From a virus, in the IMG/VR virus record IMGVR_UViG_3300036045_000002, positions 1 through 64,000 of that record: a DNA stretch of 64,000 bases; one strand, given 5' to 3'. Below the pieces are notes generated by a model, which was not told the origin of the DNA, searched no databases, and was given only the letters and a program-made list of their open reading frames with translations. Within the stretch, counting starts at the first letter, position 1; each line of letters begins with the position of its first letter. Both the position numbers and the translations under genes were made by a program. Positions 46,359 to 56,084 of the stretch are shown here, piece by piece.

Positions 46359-46982
46359 ATGATGCGACACTCCCCACTAACCCAACGGACCCCAGGAGCC
46401 CGCGTCGTGACCAGGCGACAGCACACCCCCGCCGACCAGACGTTCGAGGAGACGAGGAACTTCGTCCACAAACTCCTGAACTCGTTCGCCCGGGCGTACC
46501 CGTACCTCGACCGGGACGACCTCACGTCGGCCGCCTACTACGGGTGGACGCAGGCGTACCAGACCTTCCGGCACGAACTCGGGTACGCCTTCCTGACGTG
46601 GGTCGGGGAGAAGGTGGACAAGAGGCTCAAGGACGTGCTCCGGCGGACCCTCCACGAGAGACGGAAGAACGCCCGGACCGTGAGGATCGAGACCGGGGAG
46701 GACTGGACGGGCGGTCACGACGGGAACACGGTCAACGTACCTGACCGGGAGCCGACGCCGCAGTTCCCCCGGGTCGAGTGGTTCGACTCCCTGTCCCCCG
46801 ACGCCCAGGTCGTCGCGACACTGGCCCTGGACAGCCCGATCGACGTCCGGCTCATCCTGTCCCAGTTCGGGGTCGAGGACGGCGGGGCCTGGCGGCAGGC
46901 CATCCGGGAGCACCTGGGCGAGGCCGGGTGGGGTGCCCGCCGGCTGAAAAGAACGTTCCTGGAAATAAGAGGTGCGTTGTGA
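46359..46982 (+). CDS. Sigma70-family (region 2-like) factor
   Basis: LDRDDLTSAAYYGWTQAYQTF...AFLTWV; later FDSLSPDAQ. Confidence 0.65.
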   Translation: MMRHSPLTQRTPGARVVTRRQHTPADQTFEETRNFVHKLLNSFARAYPYLDRDDLTSAAYYGWTQAYQTFRHELGYAFLTWVGEKVDKRLKDVLRRTLHERRKNARTVRIETGEDWTGGHDGNTVNVPDREPTPQFPRVEWFDSLSPDAQVVATLALDSPIDVRLILSQFGVEDGGAWRQAIREHLGEAGWGARRLKRTFLEIRGAL

Positions 46983-47224
46983 AGGACGGCAAGCCGAAGA
47001 CCAGGCGCGACGCGGCCATCGACCACGTCGTCGCCAGGAGGTACCGGGGCCAGGTGTTGTCCGCCGCCGAGTGGGCGGAGGTCAGGCGGGTGCTGGGGGA
47101 GGTGTACGACCTGTACTTCGACCCGGTGCAGGTCGAACTCGTCATGAACGACCCCGGGCCGGACGCCCGCGAGACGAAGGAAGTCCTGGTGGAGATCCAT
47201 AACTGGCTGGCAAGGTACAAGTAA
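46979..47224 (+). CDS. Hypothetical protein
   Basis: GTGA overlap with the upstream gene. Confidence 0.6.
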   Translation: MKDGKPKTRRDAAIDHVVARRYRGQVLSAAEWAEVRRVLGEVYDLYFDPVQVELVMNDPGPDARETKEVLVEIHNWLARYK

Positions 47225-47271
47225 CCGTCATCCCGGGACCCTCCCGGAAACGGAGATAAGGAGAACGACCA

Positions 47272-47976
47272 ATGTCCAAGTTCACGCCCAGGCTGGAGGC
47301 GCTCGACGGCAGGCAGGTCCCCGGGTCGCTGATCGTCAACGCCCTGACGGCCGGCCTGGAGAACCTGTTCGTGTACGTCGGCGACGGGCCGAAGCTGATG
47401 CTCCCGGGAGGCGTCGATCCGGCCATGCTGAACCAGCAACCGGCCGGGGCCGCCCCCGCGCCGGTGACCCCGCTGCCGCTGGCGACCTGGAACGTCAACG
47501 TGACGCCGGCCGCCCTCAACAGCGACGGCATCGGGACCTCGGACATCGCCTCGACGGCCGGGGTCGCCGACTCCGGGCTCTGGAACGTCCAGGTGACGTT
47601 CACCATCTACCAGTGTACGGCCAACCAGCCGGGGGCCATCACCTACAGCCCGACGACCGGCCTCCCGACGAACGGGACGTTCGAGTACACGGTCAACATC
47701 AACGGCGTGGCCGGTCCCACCGGTATCGACGTGAACTCCCTCGCGACCGACTTCGCCGCGGGCCTGACCACGGCCGGGTTCCCGTCGGGGGCCAGCGGGG
47801 CGATCGTCCACGTCAACGGCCCGTCGGCCGTGCCGGTGGTGATCGACGGCGTGACGCACACGGCCCACGGGATCGTGAAGTCCGTGTCCATCGTGTGCGT
47901 CAAGGCCACGGACTTCAACGGCAACAACCTGCCGGGCCTGGGTAACTACGCCCCGACCGTCCAGCAATCGCCGTGA
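47272..47976 (+). CDS. LEPR-XLL-like (planctomycete extracellular leader) protein
   Basis: N-terminus FTPRLEALDGRQVP; T/G/N-rich beta body; AAGGAG ribosome-binding site. Confidence 0.7.
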   Translation: MSKFTPRLEALDGRQVPGSLIVNALTAGLENLFVYVGDGPKLMLPGGVDPAMLNQQPAGAAPAPVTPLPLATWNVNVTPAALNSDGIGTSDIASTAGVADSGLWNVQVTFTIYQCTANQPGAITYSPTTGLPTNGTFEYTVNINGVAGPTGIDVNSLATDFAAGLTTAGFPSGASGAIVHVNGPSAVPVVIDGVTHTAHGIVKSVSIVCVKATDFNGNNLPGLGNYAPTVQQSP

Positions 47977-48040
47977 CCTCGCGTTAAGACTAGGGAACGG
48001 CCGGACACCAACGGCCGTTCCAGCCTTTCAAGGTACCGAC

Positions 48041-48181
48041 ATGATCGCGTTCATCCGGCAGTTCTGGCGATTCTGGACGTGCTGTTACTGGTCGGAGCAC
48101 TCGACCATCTACCACTGGAAGACCGGCGAGCACTGCTGGCGGTGTAAGCGGTGTAACACCATCTGGATGAAACTACCTTAA
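48041..48181 (+). CDS. Small Cys/His-rich protein (46 aa)
   Basis: MIAFIRQFWRFWTCC...CWRCKRC; below the ORF-track size cutoff. Confidence 0.45.
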   Translation: MIAFIRQFWRFWTCCYWSEHSTIYHWKTGEHCWRCKRCNTIWMKLP

Positions 48182-48191
48182 GGAGGCCATC

Positions 48192-48959
48192 GTGGGAGTC
48201 TTGTCAGATTGGCAGATCGCTCGGGACGTGAAGATCACGGACGCCCAGCCGAACCAGAAGCGGCACGGAAAGATCAGCTACGGATACACGTCGTACGGCT
48301 ACGACGCACGGGTCGGGTATAAGTTCAAGGTGTTCTCGCCGATCATGTGCCGGGAGGTCGATCCGAAGCAGTTCGACCAGAACGCCCTCGTGGACGTGGA
48401 CCTCACACCTTACGACCACGACCTGACTTACCAACCGGCCGAGAACATGCGGCAGGCCGGAGGCACCTGGTACTGCCGTCGGTGCTTCGACGCCTTCAAG
48501 GAGCGGGAGGCGGCCGGCCCCCGGTGCAAGGTCCAGCCGCCGGACCACATCCTCATCCCGCCGCACTCGTTCGTCCTGGGGGAGACGGTCGAGGAGTTCA
48601 CAATCCCGCGGGACTGCCTGTGCATCGTGGTCGGAAAATCCACCTACGCCAGGTGCGGACTCGTGGTCAACGTCACGCCCGGCGAGCCGGAGTGGACCGG
48701 AAAGTGGACGGTGGAGATCAGCAACACCACGCCACTCCCGGCCCGGGTGTACTGCGGCGAAGGGATAATGCAGTGCGTCTTCCTCCGGACGGACGGATAC
48801 GGCGAATTGGTCGTGAGAAAGGCCCTGGAGTCGATGACGGACGGTGAGGCCGACTCCTTCATCAAGATGGCGACCTGCAACGTGTCCTACGCCGACAAGA
48901 GAGGCCGATACCAAGGCCAAGAAGGAGTCACCACCCCGACGGTCGATAAAAAGGAGTGA
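48192..48959 (+). CDS. dcd: dCTP deaminase with insertions
   Basis: ISYGYTSYGYD, GKSTYARCG, TPGEPEWTG, SYADKRGRYQGQ. Confidence 0.92.
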   Translation: MGVLSDWQIARDVKITDAQPNQKRHGKISYGYTSYGYDARVGYKFKVFSPIMCREVDPKQFDQNALVDVDLTPYDHDLTYQPAENMRQAGGTWYCRRCFDAFKEREAAGPRCKVQPPDHILIPPHSFVLGETVEEFTIPRDCLCIVVGKSTYARCGLVVNVTPGEPEWTGKWTVEISNTTPLPARVYCGEGIMQCVFLRTDGYGELVVRKALESMTDGEADSFIKMATCNVSYADKRGRYQGQEGVTTPTVDKKE

Positions 48960-48966
48960 CCGGCCG

Positions 48967-50391
48967 ATGCCCCCCAGAAAGAAAGCCTACCCGTACCAGA
49001 AGCGCGGGATCTGGAAGATCCATGCGTTCAAAGGCCGGGCCCTCCTGGCCGACGACATGGGACTCGGGAAGACCTTCCAGGCCCTCCAGTACGCGAAGGT
49101 CTTCCTCGACTCCGGCCCCGTCGTCGTCGTCTGCCCGGCCAGCGTCAAGTGGAACTGGCAGCGGGAGGCCGAGCAGGTCGGGTTCCTGACGCACGTCCTC
49201 GAACGCCGCCGGCCGCCGACGATGACCGGCAACCTGCTCCGACACCAGTCCAACACCGTCTACGTGGTTAACTATGACATCCTGGGTGACGGGGCCGAAG
49301 GTTCCCGTCACCCGACCTGGAATCACTTCCTGAAGGCCCTCAGGCCGAAACTCGTCCTCCTGGACGAGTGCCACTACCTCAAGTCCAGGGGGGCCAAGCG
49401 GACGAGGTGGGTCCGGCAACTCGTCCAGGACGTCGGGCAGGTCGTCGGCATGTCCGGCACGCCGATGACGAGCCGGCCTGCCGAACTCTGGTCGGTGCTG
49501 AACATCCTGAGGCCGGACGAGTTCCCGGAGTTCGGCAAGTTCGCCAGGAGGTACTGCGCCCAGGAGTGGACGCCGTGGGGGATGAAGTACGGCGGGGCGA
49601 AGCGGCTGCCCGAACTCCACCGGCGGCTCAAAGGCGAACTGATGGTCAGACGCCGGAAGGCCGACGTCCTGGACGAGTTGCCGGCGAAGACCCGGGTCGT
49701 CGTCCCGGTAGACCTGCCGGACATGAGGCAGTATTTGGAGGCCGAGCGAGACCTGGTCCGGTGGCTCAGGAAGACGCACCCGGACAAGCGGAAGGGATTC
49801 CGGAACTCGCAACGGATGGTCAGGTTCGGATACCTGAAACGGCTGATCGGGGAACTCAAACTCCCGGCCGTGAAGCAGTGGGTCGAGGACTTCCTAGGCG
49901 GGTCGGACGGCAAGCTCATCGCGTTTGCCGTCCACAAGAAGGTCGTGGGGCCGCTGGTCGAGACGTTCAAGAGGTGCGCCGTCAAGGTGGACGGGTCCGT
50001 CACCGGGCGGGCCAGGCAGGCCACGTTCGACCGGTTCACGGCGAACGACGCCGTCCGGCTGCTCGTCGGCAATGTCCAGGCGGCCGGGGTCGGCTGGAAC
50101 GGCCAGGTGGCCAACTCGGTCGTGTTCGCCGAGTTCGGCCTGACGCCGGGGGAGCACACCCAGGCCGAGGACCGGGCCCACCGGATGGGCCAGAAGAAGC
50201 CGGTGACCATCTACTACCTGGTGGCCAGAGGCACCATCGAGGAAGACCTGGTCAGAAAGGTCCAGCGGAAGCAGCAAGTCCTGGACGAGGCCCTGGACGG
50301 CGACAAGGCCGTGGACGGATTCGACATCCTGGACGACCTGGAGGCGAAACTACTCAAGCGAGGAGGGAGACGTGGCCGTAAGAAACCCTGA
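48967..50391 (+). CDS. SNF2/SWI2-family (HARP-like) helicase
   Basis: LADDMGLGKT, LDECH, SGTP, QAEDRAHRMGQ. Confidence 0.92.
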   Translation: MPPRKKAYPYQKRGIWKIHAFKGRALLADDMGLGKTFQALQYAKVFLDSGPVVVVCPASVKWNWQREAEQVGFLTHVLERRRPPTMTGNLLRHQSNTVYVVNYDILGDGAEGSRHPTWNHFLKALRPKLVLLDECHYLKSRGAKRTRWVRQLVQDVGQVVGMSGTPMTSRPAELWSVLNILRPDEFPEFGKFARRYCAQEWTPWGMKYGGAKRLPELHRRLKGELMVRRRKADVLDELPAKTRVVVPVDLPDMRQYLEAERDLVRWLRKTHPDKRKGFRNSQRMVRFGYLKRLIGELKLPAVKQWVEDFLGGSDGKLIAFAVHKKVVGPLVETFKRCAVKVDGSVTGRARQATFDRFTANDAVRLLVGNVQAAGVGWNGQVANSVVFAEFGLTPGEHTQAEDRAHRMGQKKPVTIYYLVARGTIEEDLVRKVQRKQQVLDEALDGDKAVDGFDILDDLEAKLLKRGGRRGRKKP

Positions 50392-50587
50392 CCAGCAACA
50401 CACCCGCACGTTCGTCGGCGGGACGGGCACCCTGTACGTCAGGGGGCTCTCGAAACTCATCCGGGACAAGTTCCACGCGGCCTGCCTGATGCGGGGCCGG
50501 ACGATGAAAGGCGTCCTGGAGGAGTTCATGCGGGACTACGCCCGCCAGGCCGAGACCGTCCAACGGCACAAGAGGAAGAAGAAATGA
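50372..50587 (+). CDS. Ribbon-helix-helix DNA-binding protein
   Basis: LYVRGLSKLIRDKFHAAC...TMKGVLEEFMRDY. Confidence 0.65.
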   Translation: MAVRNPDQQHTRTFVGGTGTLYVRGLSKLIRDKFHAACLMRGRTMKGVLEEFMRDYARQAETVQRHKRKKK

Positions 50588-51462
50588 CGTTCGACCAGCT
50601 GATGCGCGACCTCGGCGTGGAGGTCAGGCGGCACGGCGAGCACCACCACACCACGTCCGGGTGGGTCAACATCGACTGCCCGTTCTGCTCGCCGAAGGAG
50701 AGGCGGTTCCGACTGGGGTACAACCCGCGGGGCGGGTACTGCTCGTGCTGGACGTGCGGGCCGAAGAACGTCCACGCCGTCGTCATGGAACTGACCGGCA
50801 AGCCTTACGGCCAAGTCCGGCTCGTGGTCGGCGACCTGGAGAGGACGGTCGTCAAGGACGACATCAGGCCGGAAGGCAAGCTCGTCGAGCCGAAAGGCGT
50901 CGGCCGGCTGCTCACCCCCCACCGGGAGTACCTGAGGCACCGGGGGTTCGACCCGGAGTCGGTGGAAAGGCTGTGGGACGTCCGGGGGACCGGGATGTTC
51001 TGCGACCTGCCGTGGCGGCTGTACATTCCGGTCAAGTACCAGGACGAGACGGTCTCGTGGACGACGCGGGCCTGCTCGGACAGCGCCAAGACGCGGTACC
51101 TGTCGGCCGCGCCAGACCAGGAGAAGGTGCCGTTGAAGTCCATGCTGTACGGCGAGGACTACGTGGTCAACGCGGTCGTCGTGGTCGAGGGTCCTCTGGA
51201 CGTGTGGCGGATCGGCCCGGGGGCGGTCGCGACGTGCGGGACGGCGTTCTCCAAGGCCCAGGTTCTCCGGCTGTCGAGATTCCCCGTCCGGGCCGTCTGT
51301 TTCGACTCCGACCGGGCCGCCCAGGCGCGGGCGAAGAAGCTGGCCGATCAACTGGACGTGTTCGACGGTAAGACGTGCGTCGTCCGCCTCCAGACCGGCA
51401 AGGACGCGGCCGAAGCGTCCTCGAAAGAAATCGCCAAACTTCGCCGTCGTTTTCTCGATTGA
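50584..51462 (+). CDS. DNA primase (Zn-binding plus TOPRIM)
   Basis: CPFC...CWTC; VVEGPLD; FDSD; KDAAE. Confidence 0.88.
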   Translation: MTFDQLMRDLGVEVRRHGEHHHTTSGWVNIDCPFCSPKERRFRLGYNPRGGYCSCWTCGPKNVHAVVMELTGKPYGQVRLVVGDLERTVVKDDIRPEGKLVEPKGVGRLLTPHREYLRHRGFDPESVERLWDVRGTGMFCDLPWRLYIPVKYQDETVSWTTRACSDSAKTRYLSAAPDQEKVPLKSMLYGEDYVVNAVVVVEGPLDVWRIGPGAVATCGTAFSKAQVLRLSRFPVRAVCFDSDRAAQARAKKLADQLDVFDGKTCVVRLQTGKDAAEASSKEIAKLRRRFLD

Positions 51463-51488
51463 ACAGGACGACATCGCGCCTGTATGCT
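51459..51488 (+). promoter_or_regulatory. Promoter TTGAAC-18-TATGCT
   Basis: Shares gattgaacaggacg with the 55607 site. Confidence 0.55.
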
Positions 51489-51540
51489 GACGCGATGTCG
51501 TCGCACGGCGCGACGACGCACACACACGAGAGATCGCGAC

Positions 51541-52035
51541 GTGAGCAGCACAGACACAGTACGCGCAAGCACAACGGACCCCAATCGTGACGCACTCGGC
51601 GCAGGACTCCGGACGAGACAGCATTTCGTCCACTGCGCCGTCAAATCACTCGGTCACGCAGCGCTCCAGGAGATTGCGAAGCGGGCGCAGGAGATCGCGA
51701 CGCAAGCCGGCTACGAATTCAACGACAAGACGTTCTCGCCTCAATCGACCAGGACAGCACTGGTCGAGATGCGAGGTAAGGAGTTCGTCCGGCAGTCTGA
51801 CGACGGGACCTGGACGTTGACTGATCTGGCGCAGGAAGTGATCGACTCGCCGGAGAAAGACGGACGACAATCGCTATCCAGTTACAGGAAGCCGGAGATC
51901 GGGTCGAAGCGGCTCATGACCATCGACGACAAGGGACGCGTCCTCATCTCCGGCTTCAACGGCGCATTGGTCGAGGTCGAGTACGTCTCGGAGAACGAAG
52001 TCCGGATCCGGAAGGTCAGAATCGTCCCGATCTGA
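51541..52035 (+). CDS. Winged-helix protein with AbrB-like C-terminus
   Basis: DDGTWTLT wing; TIDDKGRVLI; start uncertain. Confidence 0.55.
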   Translation: MSSTDTVRASTTDPNRDALGAGLRTRQHFVHCAVKSLGHAALQEIAKRAQEIATQAGYEFNDKTFSPQSTRTALVEMRGKEFVRQSDDGTWTLTDLAQEVIDSPEKDGRQSLSSYRKPEIGSKRLMTIDDKGRVLISGFNGALVEVEYVSENEVRIRKVRIVPI

Positions 52036-52059
52036 CACTCACTACCAAAGGAGTCCGTC

Positions 52060-52584
52060 GTGGCCAAAAGAGTCGTCACCACCCGGTCGAACTACCAGAA
52101 GTGGGTCCTGAAACAGTTCGACCTGCACTTCGGCCGGACGCCGGAGCAGAACGACTTCTGGCGAACGGTATACGACAAGTACGTCCCTCCGCACGACGTC
52201 CTCCGGCTGTCCAGGACGTCGGCCGCCTGCGACAAGAACACGAAAGGCGTTCTAGTCCTGCACTGGCACGCATTCTCGGTGATGTTCGACCCGAAACTGG
52301 AACTCGAATTACAGGTCTCCGGCGAGTATTTCCGGGAGGACGTTCGTGCCGTCGCGATAGTGGACAGAGGAGTCACGGTCGGTTACTACCGCGAGCCGGT
52401 CCTTGTCGCGAGCCGGGCCTACCATCCAGACTACCGACTGAAACACGTCAAGTTCGGCGTCATGCTGGACTGGTTTCAGGACCTGGATTGCGAAGTCCGG
52501 TTCGAGGAATACAAGGACGACAACTTCCACTTCGAGGCGACCGGCAACCATCACTTCTACGTCGAAGTACCTCGGAAAGACTGA
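52060..52584 (+). CDS. Hypothetical protein
   Basis: AAGGAG ribosome-binding site. Confidence 0.65.
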   Translation: MAKRVVTTRSNYQKWVLKQFDLHFGRTPEQNDFWRTVYDKYVPPHDVLRLSRTSAACDKNTKGVLVLHWHAFSVMFDPKLELELQVSGEYFREDVRAVAIVDRGVTVGYYREPVLVASRAYHPDYRLKHVKFGVMLDWFQDLDCEVRFEEYKDDNFHFEATGNHHFYVEVPRKD

Positions 52585-52628
52585 CTCGCATTCGCGGCGC
52601 TCGACGCGCCCCACACCTGTCTTCCTTT

Positions 52629-52723
52629 CGCACAGAATTGCGCCAGATCGACGACCGCCGTCAGAGACGAGACTTTTCTCAGACTGAGTACGGTCGTCGA
52701 TTGTACGCGATTCTAGAGCGAAA
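52629..52723. repeat. Dispersed palindromic element, copy C
   Basis: aattgc at 52636 and gcgattctagagcg at 52707; inner inverted repeat atcgacgaccg/cggtcgtcgat. Confidence 0.75.
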
Positions 52724-52883
52724 CGGACCTGCGTCCGACAAAACTTCCGGCGATAATCACGTCCGGCGCGCGTGGGATAGGCGGGGGTCATGTCCCGCCG
52801 ACAAGCGACTTTCACCAGGGTCGCTTCCCACGCACCTTTTTCCTTCCTGCCTCTGGTGACCACCGCGCCGGTGGAGTTTTACC

Positions 52884-54161
52884 ATGCCTGACGCTCGCTC
52901 GTCCGATCAATCCGTTCCGTCCTCCACCTCGATCCTCGACGCCTTCAACTGGCGTGGAGTCTGGACGCCTGGAGAGGTCATCGCCCTCCTCATCGACGGC
53001 GTCCTCAATCCTACCGAGGTCATGCTCCTCAGCCTGATCGAGTCGGCCGTCAAAGTCCGGGGGGAAGGGTGCTGGATCAGCAACAACACGTTCGCGAAGG
53101 CACTCGGCCTCGCCAACAAGGCGAACGTGAACCGGATGATCCGGAAACTGAAGAAGCTCGACCTCGTCTACGAAGTCGGCTACGTCATGAAGAACAACTT
53201 GCGGCTGCGGGTCCTCCGAACCCGCCTGCCGGAGTGTCGAGAAATCGGTAAGGGGGACAGCTTTAAAGCTCACCCCCGGACAGCTTTAAAGCTGGCCGAC
53301 TCTTCACTACGTTCAGAGATTAAAAAATACGTGGCTCCCTCCGGAGAGCCACGGATCGGGGAGAAACCTGCCTTGTCTGGTCAATTCATACCTGAACTGG
53401 AAAACACCGGTAAAGGTAAGGGGCCATCGGAAAAGTGGGACAACTGGTGTGCCATGAGGTTGCGCGACTGCGCCGCGAACGCGACCAAGATTTCGAGGAA
53501 ATACGTCCTTTCGGCCGAAGGGAAGCACTTCCGGATGTTGCGCAAGGACCTCGGTGACGACCGAAACCGGATCGAGCGCGTCCTCGACTTCTATTGCGTC
53601 CAGATAGGACGGCCTTTCGTCCCCGACGTCCAGAACGCGAAAACGTTCCGGAGGAAGTGGACCCAACTCGAAGCCGCGTACCAAAGGTACCTCAAGAACA
53701 ACCCCGACGTCCAGATTACCGACGAAGCGCACTCCGTTGTCAAGCACTACCTGTTCGGCCTGAACTGGCCGAAGGGAAGCGCGACCAAACTTCTGCCGGC
53801 CGTCCAGGTGATGCTGGACAGGTATCGTGACTTCCGGGCCAAGCTCCGGGCCTACAAGGAGACCCGCCCCGAGTGGATCAAGGTCGGCAAGAACACCGTC
53901 CAAAACGCCCCCAAGCACCACGCCCTCGCCCACTTCCTGAGCAAGGCGCTGTCGTCTGTTGACTTCTTCGTCGGTCGCTGGTTCGCCGACCTGTACCAGC
54001 GGGTCGTTAACTGGCCGAAGTGGCACGGCAACCTGATGTCGGACGTGTGGAACGGCGACCCCAAGGACCAGAAGTTCGGCAAGGCTGTTTTGTCCCACTG
54101 CCAGACTTGGGGCGACCGGGTGTCCGAGGCGTGGGGCGTCCTGTCCCAGGAGTTGTCATGA
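52884..54161 (+). CDS. Replication initiator-like HTH protein
   Basis: GCWISNNTFAKALG...VNRMIRKLKKLDLV; directly upstream of DnaB. Confidence 0.7.
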   Translation: MPDARSSDQSVPSSTSILDAFNWRGVWTPGEVIALLIDGVLNPTEVMLLSLIESAVKVRGEGCWISNNTFAKALGLANKANVNRMIRKLKKLDLVYEVGYVMKNNLRLRVLRTRLPECREIGKGDSFKAHPRTALKLADSSLRSEIKKYVAPSGEPRIGEKPALSGQFIPELENTGKGKGPSEKWDNWCAMRLRDCAANATKISRKYVLSAEGKHFRMLRKDLGDDRNRIERVLDFYCVQIGRPFVPDVQNAKTFRRKWTQLEAAYQRYLKNNPDVQITDEAHSVVKHYLFGLNWPKGSATKLLPAVQVMLDRYRDFRAKLRAYKETRPEWIKVGKNTVQNAPKHHALAHFLSKALSSVDFFVGRWFADLYQRVVNWPKWHGNLMSDVWNGDPKDQKFGKAVLSHCQTWGDRVSEAWGVLSQELS

Positions 54162-55567
54162 TCGTCCAGACCCGCGACAGCGTGACCGAGCGAACGGTAC
54201 TGACCGGCATGATCGTTAACACCGAGGTGCTCGGCAGGTTGAGCCCCAAGTGGACCAAGGACGGGCTGTTCTCGTCCGACTGGTCGAACGTCGTCGCCGG
54301 CTGGTGCGTCCGGTACTACGGGAAGTACGGCAAGGCCCCGGAGAAGGCGGTCGAGACCCTGTTCGCCAGTTGGGCCGACGGCCGGAACGACCGGGAAACG
54401 GTGAAACTGGTCGAACGGTACCTGTCGTCCTTGTCCGGCCAGTACCAGAGGACCAAGAAGAAGATCAACCCGGCCTACGTCCTCGACCTGGCCGGCGACC
54501 ATTTCAACGCCGTCCGGTTGAAAAGGCTCGCGGACGCACTCGCCGGGGACATCGACGCCGGGAAAGTCCAGGACGGCTGGAAGCGGATCGACAAGCTCGG
54601 CCGGGTCGAAGTCGGCGTCGGGGCGAGGATCGACGTCCTCCAGAACAAGGCCGCCATGAGGGCCGCGTTCGAGGACGCGAAGTCCGACGTCCTGGTGAAA
54701 TACCCCGGGGCCCTCGGCCGGTTCTTCGGCGGGGCGCTTGAGCGGGAAGGATTCGTGGCCTTCATGGGGCCGGAGAAGCGCGGGAAGACCTGGTGGCTCC
54801 TCGACCTGGCCTGGCGGGCCATGCTCCAGAGGAAGCGGGTGGCGTTCTTCGAGGTCGGCGACCTGTCGGAACGGCAGATCCTCAGGCGATTCGGCGTCCG
54901 GGCGGCCGGGAGGCCGATGAAGCCTACGCCCGCCGGGCGGGTGGTCAACTATCCGACCAAACTAGTCCGGAAGGACGACGCCGCGTTCGACGTGGTCCAC
55001 GACCCGCGGACGTACAAGGACTGGCTGACCTGGCCAGTCCTCGACAAGGCCATGAAGAAGGTCATGCTCGACCGGGTCAAGTCGAAGGAGTCCTATTTGG
55101 GTCTTTCCGTCCATGCCAACTCCAGTATTTCCGTAGGAGGCATCCGGACGACACTGCGGGAGTGGGAGACGACCGGATGGCGTCCCGAGGTCGTGGTCAT
55201 CGACTACGCGGACATCCTCGCCCCACCCGCGGGGTTTCAGGGGGAGTCGCGGGACGCGGTCAATGAAACGTGGAAGGCCCTCCGGCGGATGTCCCAGGAA
55301 CTCCACTGCCTGGTGGTCACGGCCACACAGGCGAACGCCATGAGCTACACGGCCGATTCCTTGTCCATGCAGAACTTCAGCGAAGACAAGCGGAAGTTCT
55401 CCCACGTCACCGGAATGGTCGGCATCAACCAGAGCAACCCGGAGAAGGAGAAGGGGGTACAGCGGTTGAACTGGCTCGTCCTGCGGGAGGACGAATTCCT
55501 GGTTCAAGATCACGTCCTGGTCGCCGGGTGCCTCGCGGTCGCCAACCCGGCGGTGTGCAGTGCCTGA
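54158..55567 (+). CDS. DnaB-like replicative helicase
   Basis: GPEKRGKT, VVIDYADIL, VTATQAN. Confidence 0.88.
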   Translation: MIVQTRDSVTERTVLTGMIVNTEVLGRLSPKWTKDGLFSSDWSNVVAGWCVRYYGKYGKAPEKAVETLFASWADGRNDRETVKLVERYLSSLSGQYQRTKKKINPAYVLDLAGDHFNAVRLKRLADALAGDIDAGKVQDGWKRIDKLGRVEVGVGARIDVLQNKAAMRAAFEDAKSDVLVKYPGALGRFFGGALEREGFVAFMGPEKRGKTWWLLDLAWRAMLQRKRVAFFEVGDLSERQILRRFGVRAAGRPMKPTPAGRVVNYPTKLVRKDDAAFDVVHDPRTYKDWLTWPVLDKAMKKVMLDRVKSKESYLGLSVHANSSISVGGIRTTLREWETTGWRPEVVVIDYADILAPPAGFQGESRDAVNETWKALRRMSQELHCLVVTATQANAMSYTADSLSMQNFSEDKRKFSHVTGMVGINQSNPEKEKGVQRLNWLVLREDEFLVQDHVLVAGCLAVANPAVCSA

Positions 55568-55606
55568 GTTCACCTGCCAATGCCTGTGAATTCCTGCCAA
55601 CCTAGA

Positions 55607-55636
55607 TTGAACAGGACGTCGCGGATCGCGTAGTCT
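55607..55636 (+). promoter_or_regulatory. Promoter TTGAAC-18-TAGTCT
   Basis: Paralogous to the 51459 site. Confidence 0.5.
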
Positions 55637-55695
55637 GACGCTGCGATCTCTCGCACGTCGCGAGACGACGCAGCAGACGACGAAAGGGGTCCGAG

Positions 55696-56034
55696 ATGTC
55701 CCGCAAGAAGACCCGCAAGCAGATCCTGACCGAGAGCATCCAGGTCGAACTCGACCACACGTTCTCGACCGGGATCAAGACCCGGCTGAGCAAGGGGATG
55801 ACGGCCGACAACCTGAGCGAACTGCTGAACGCGATCCGGGCGATGAAGGAGAAGGTCCAGGAGGAGGTCATGGACCAGCTGGCCGAGAAGGAGCCCGTCA
55901 AGGTGTCGCAGGACCTCGAGGACGAGGACGCCGAGGAGGCCCGCCGGATGGCCGAGGCCGAGGAGCGGCACGACGCCGACTACTGGAAGGGTGACGAGCG
56001 CCCCGACCCGCGGCTCGCCCGCGTCGCCGACTGA
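55696..56034 (+). CDS. Hypothetical protein
   Basis: ORF directly after the promoter. Confidence 0.65.
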   Translation: MSRKKTRKQILTESIQVELDHTFSTGIKTRLSKGMTADNLSELLNAIRAMKEKVQEEVMDQLAEKEPVKVSQDLEDEDAEEARRMAEAEERHDADYWKGDERPDPRLARVAD

Positions 56035-56084
56035 CCGTGTTCACCCGGGGCCTTCGGGCCCCTCTTTCCCCACAGGAGTCCGAC

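Noticed and set aside
46336-46363. Promoter TTGACG-16-TATGAT
   Set aside because: Plausible, but the -10 box overlaps the first ATG of the sigma-like ORF and the true start is unresolved, so it is not listed as a feature.
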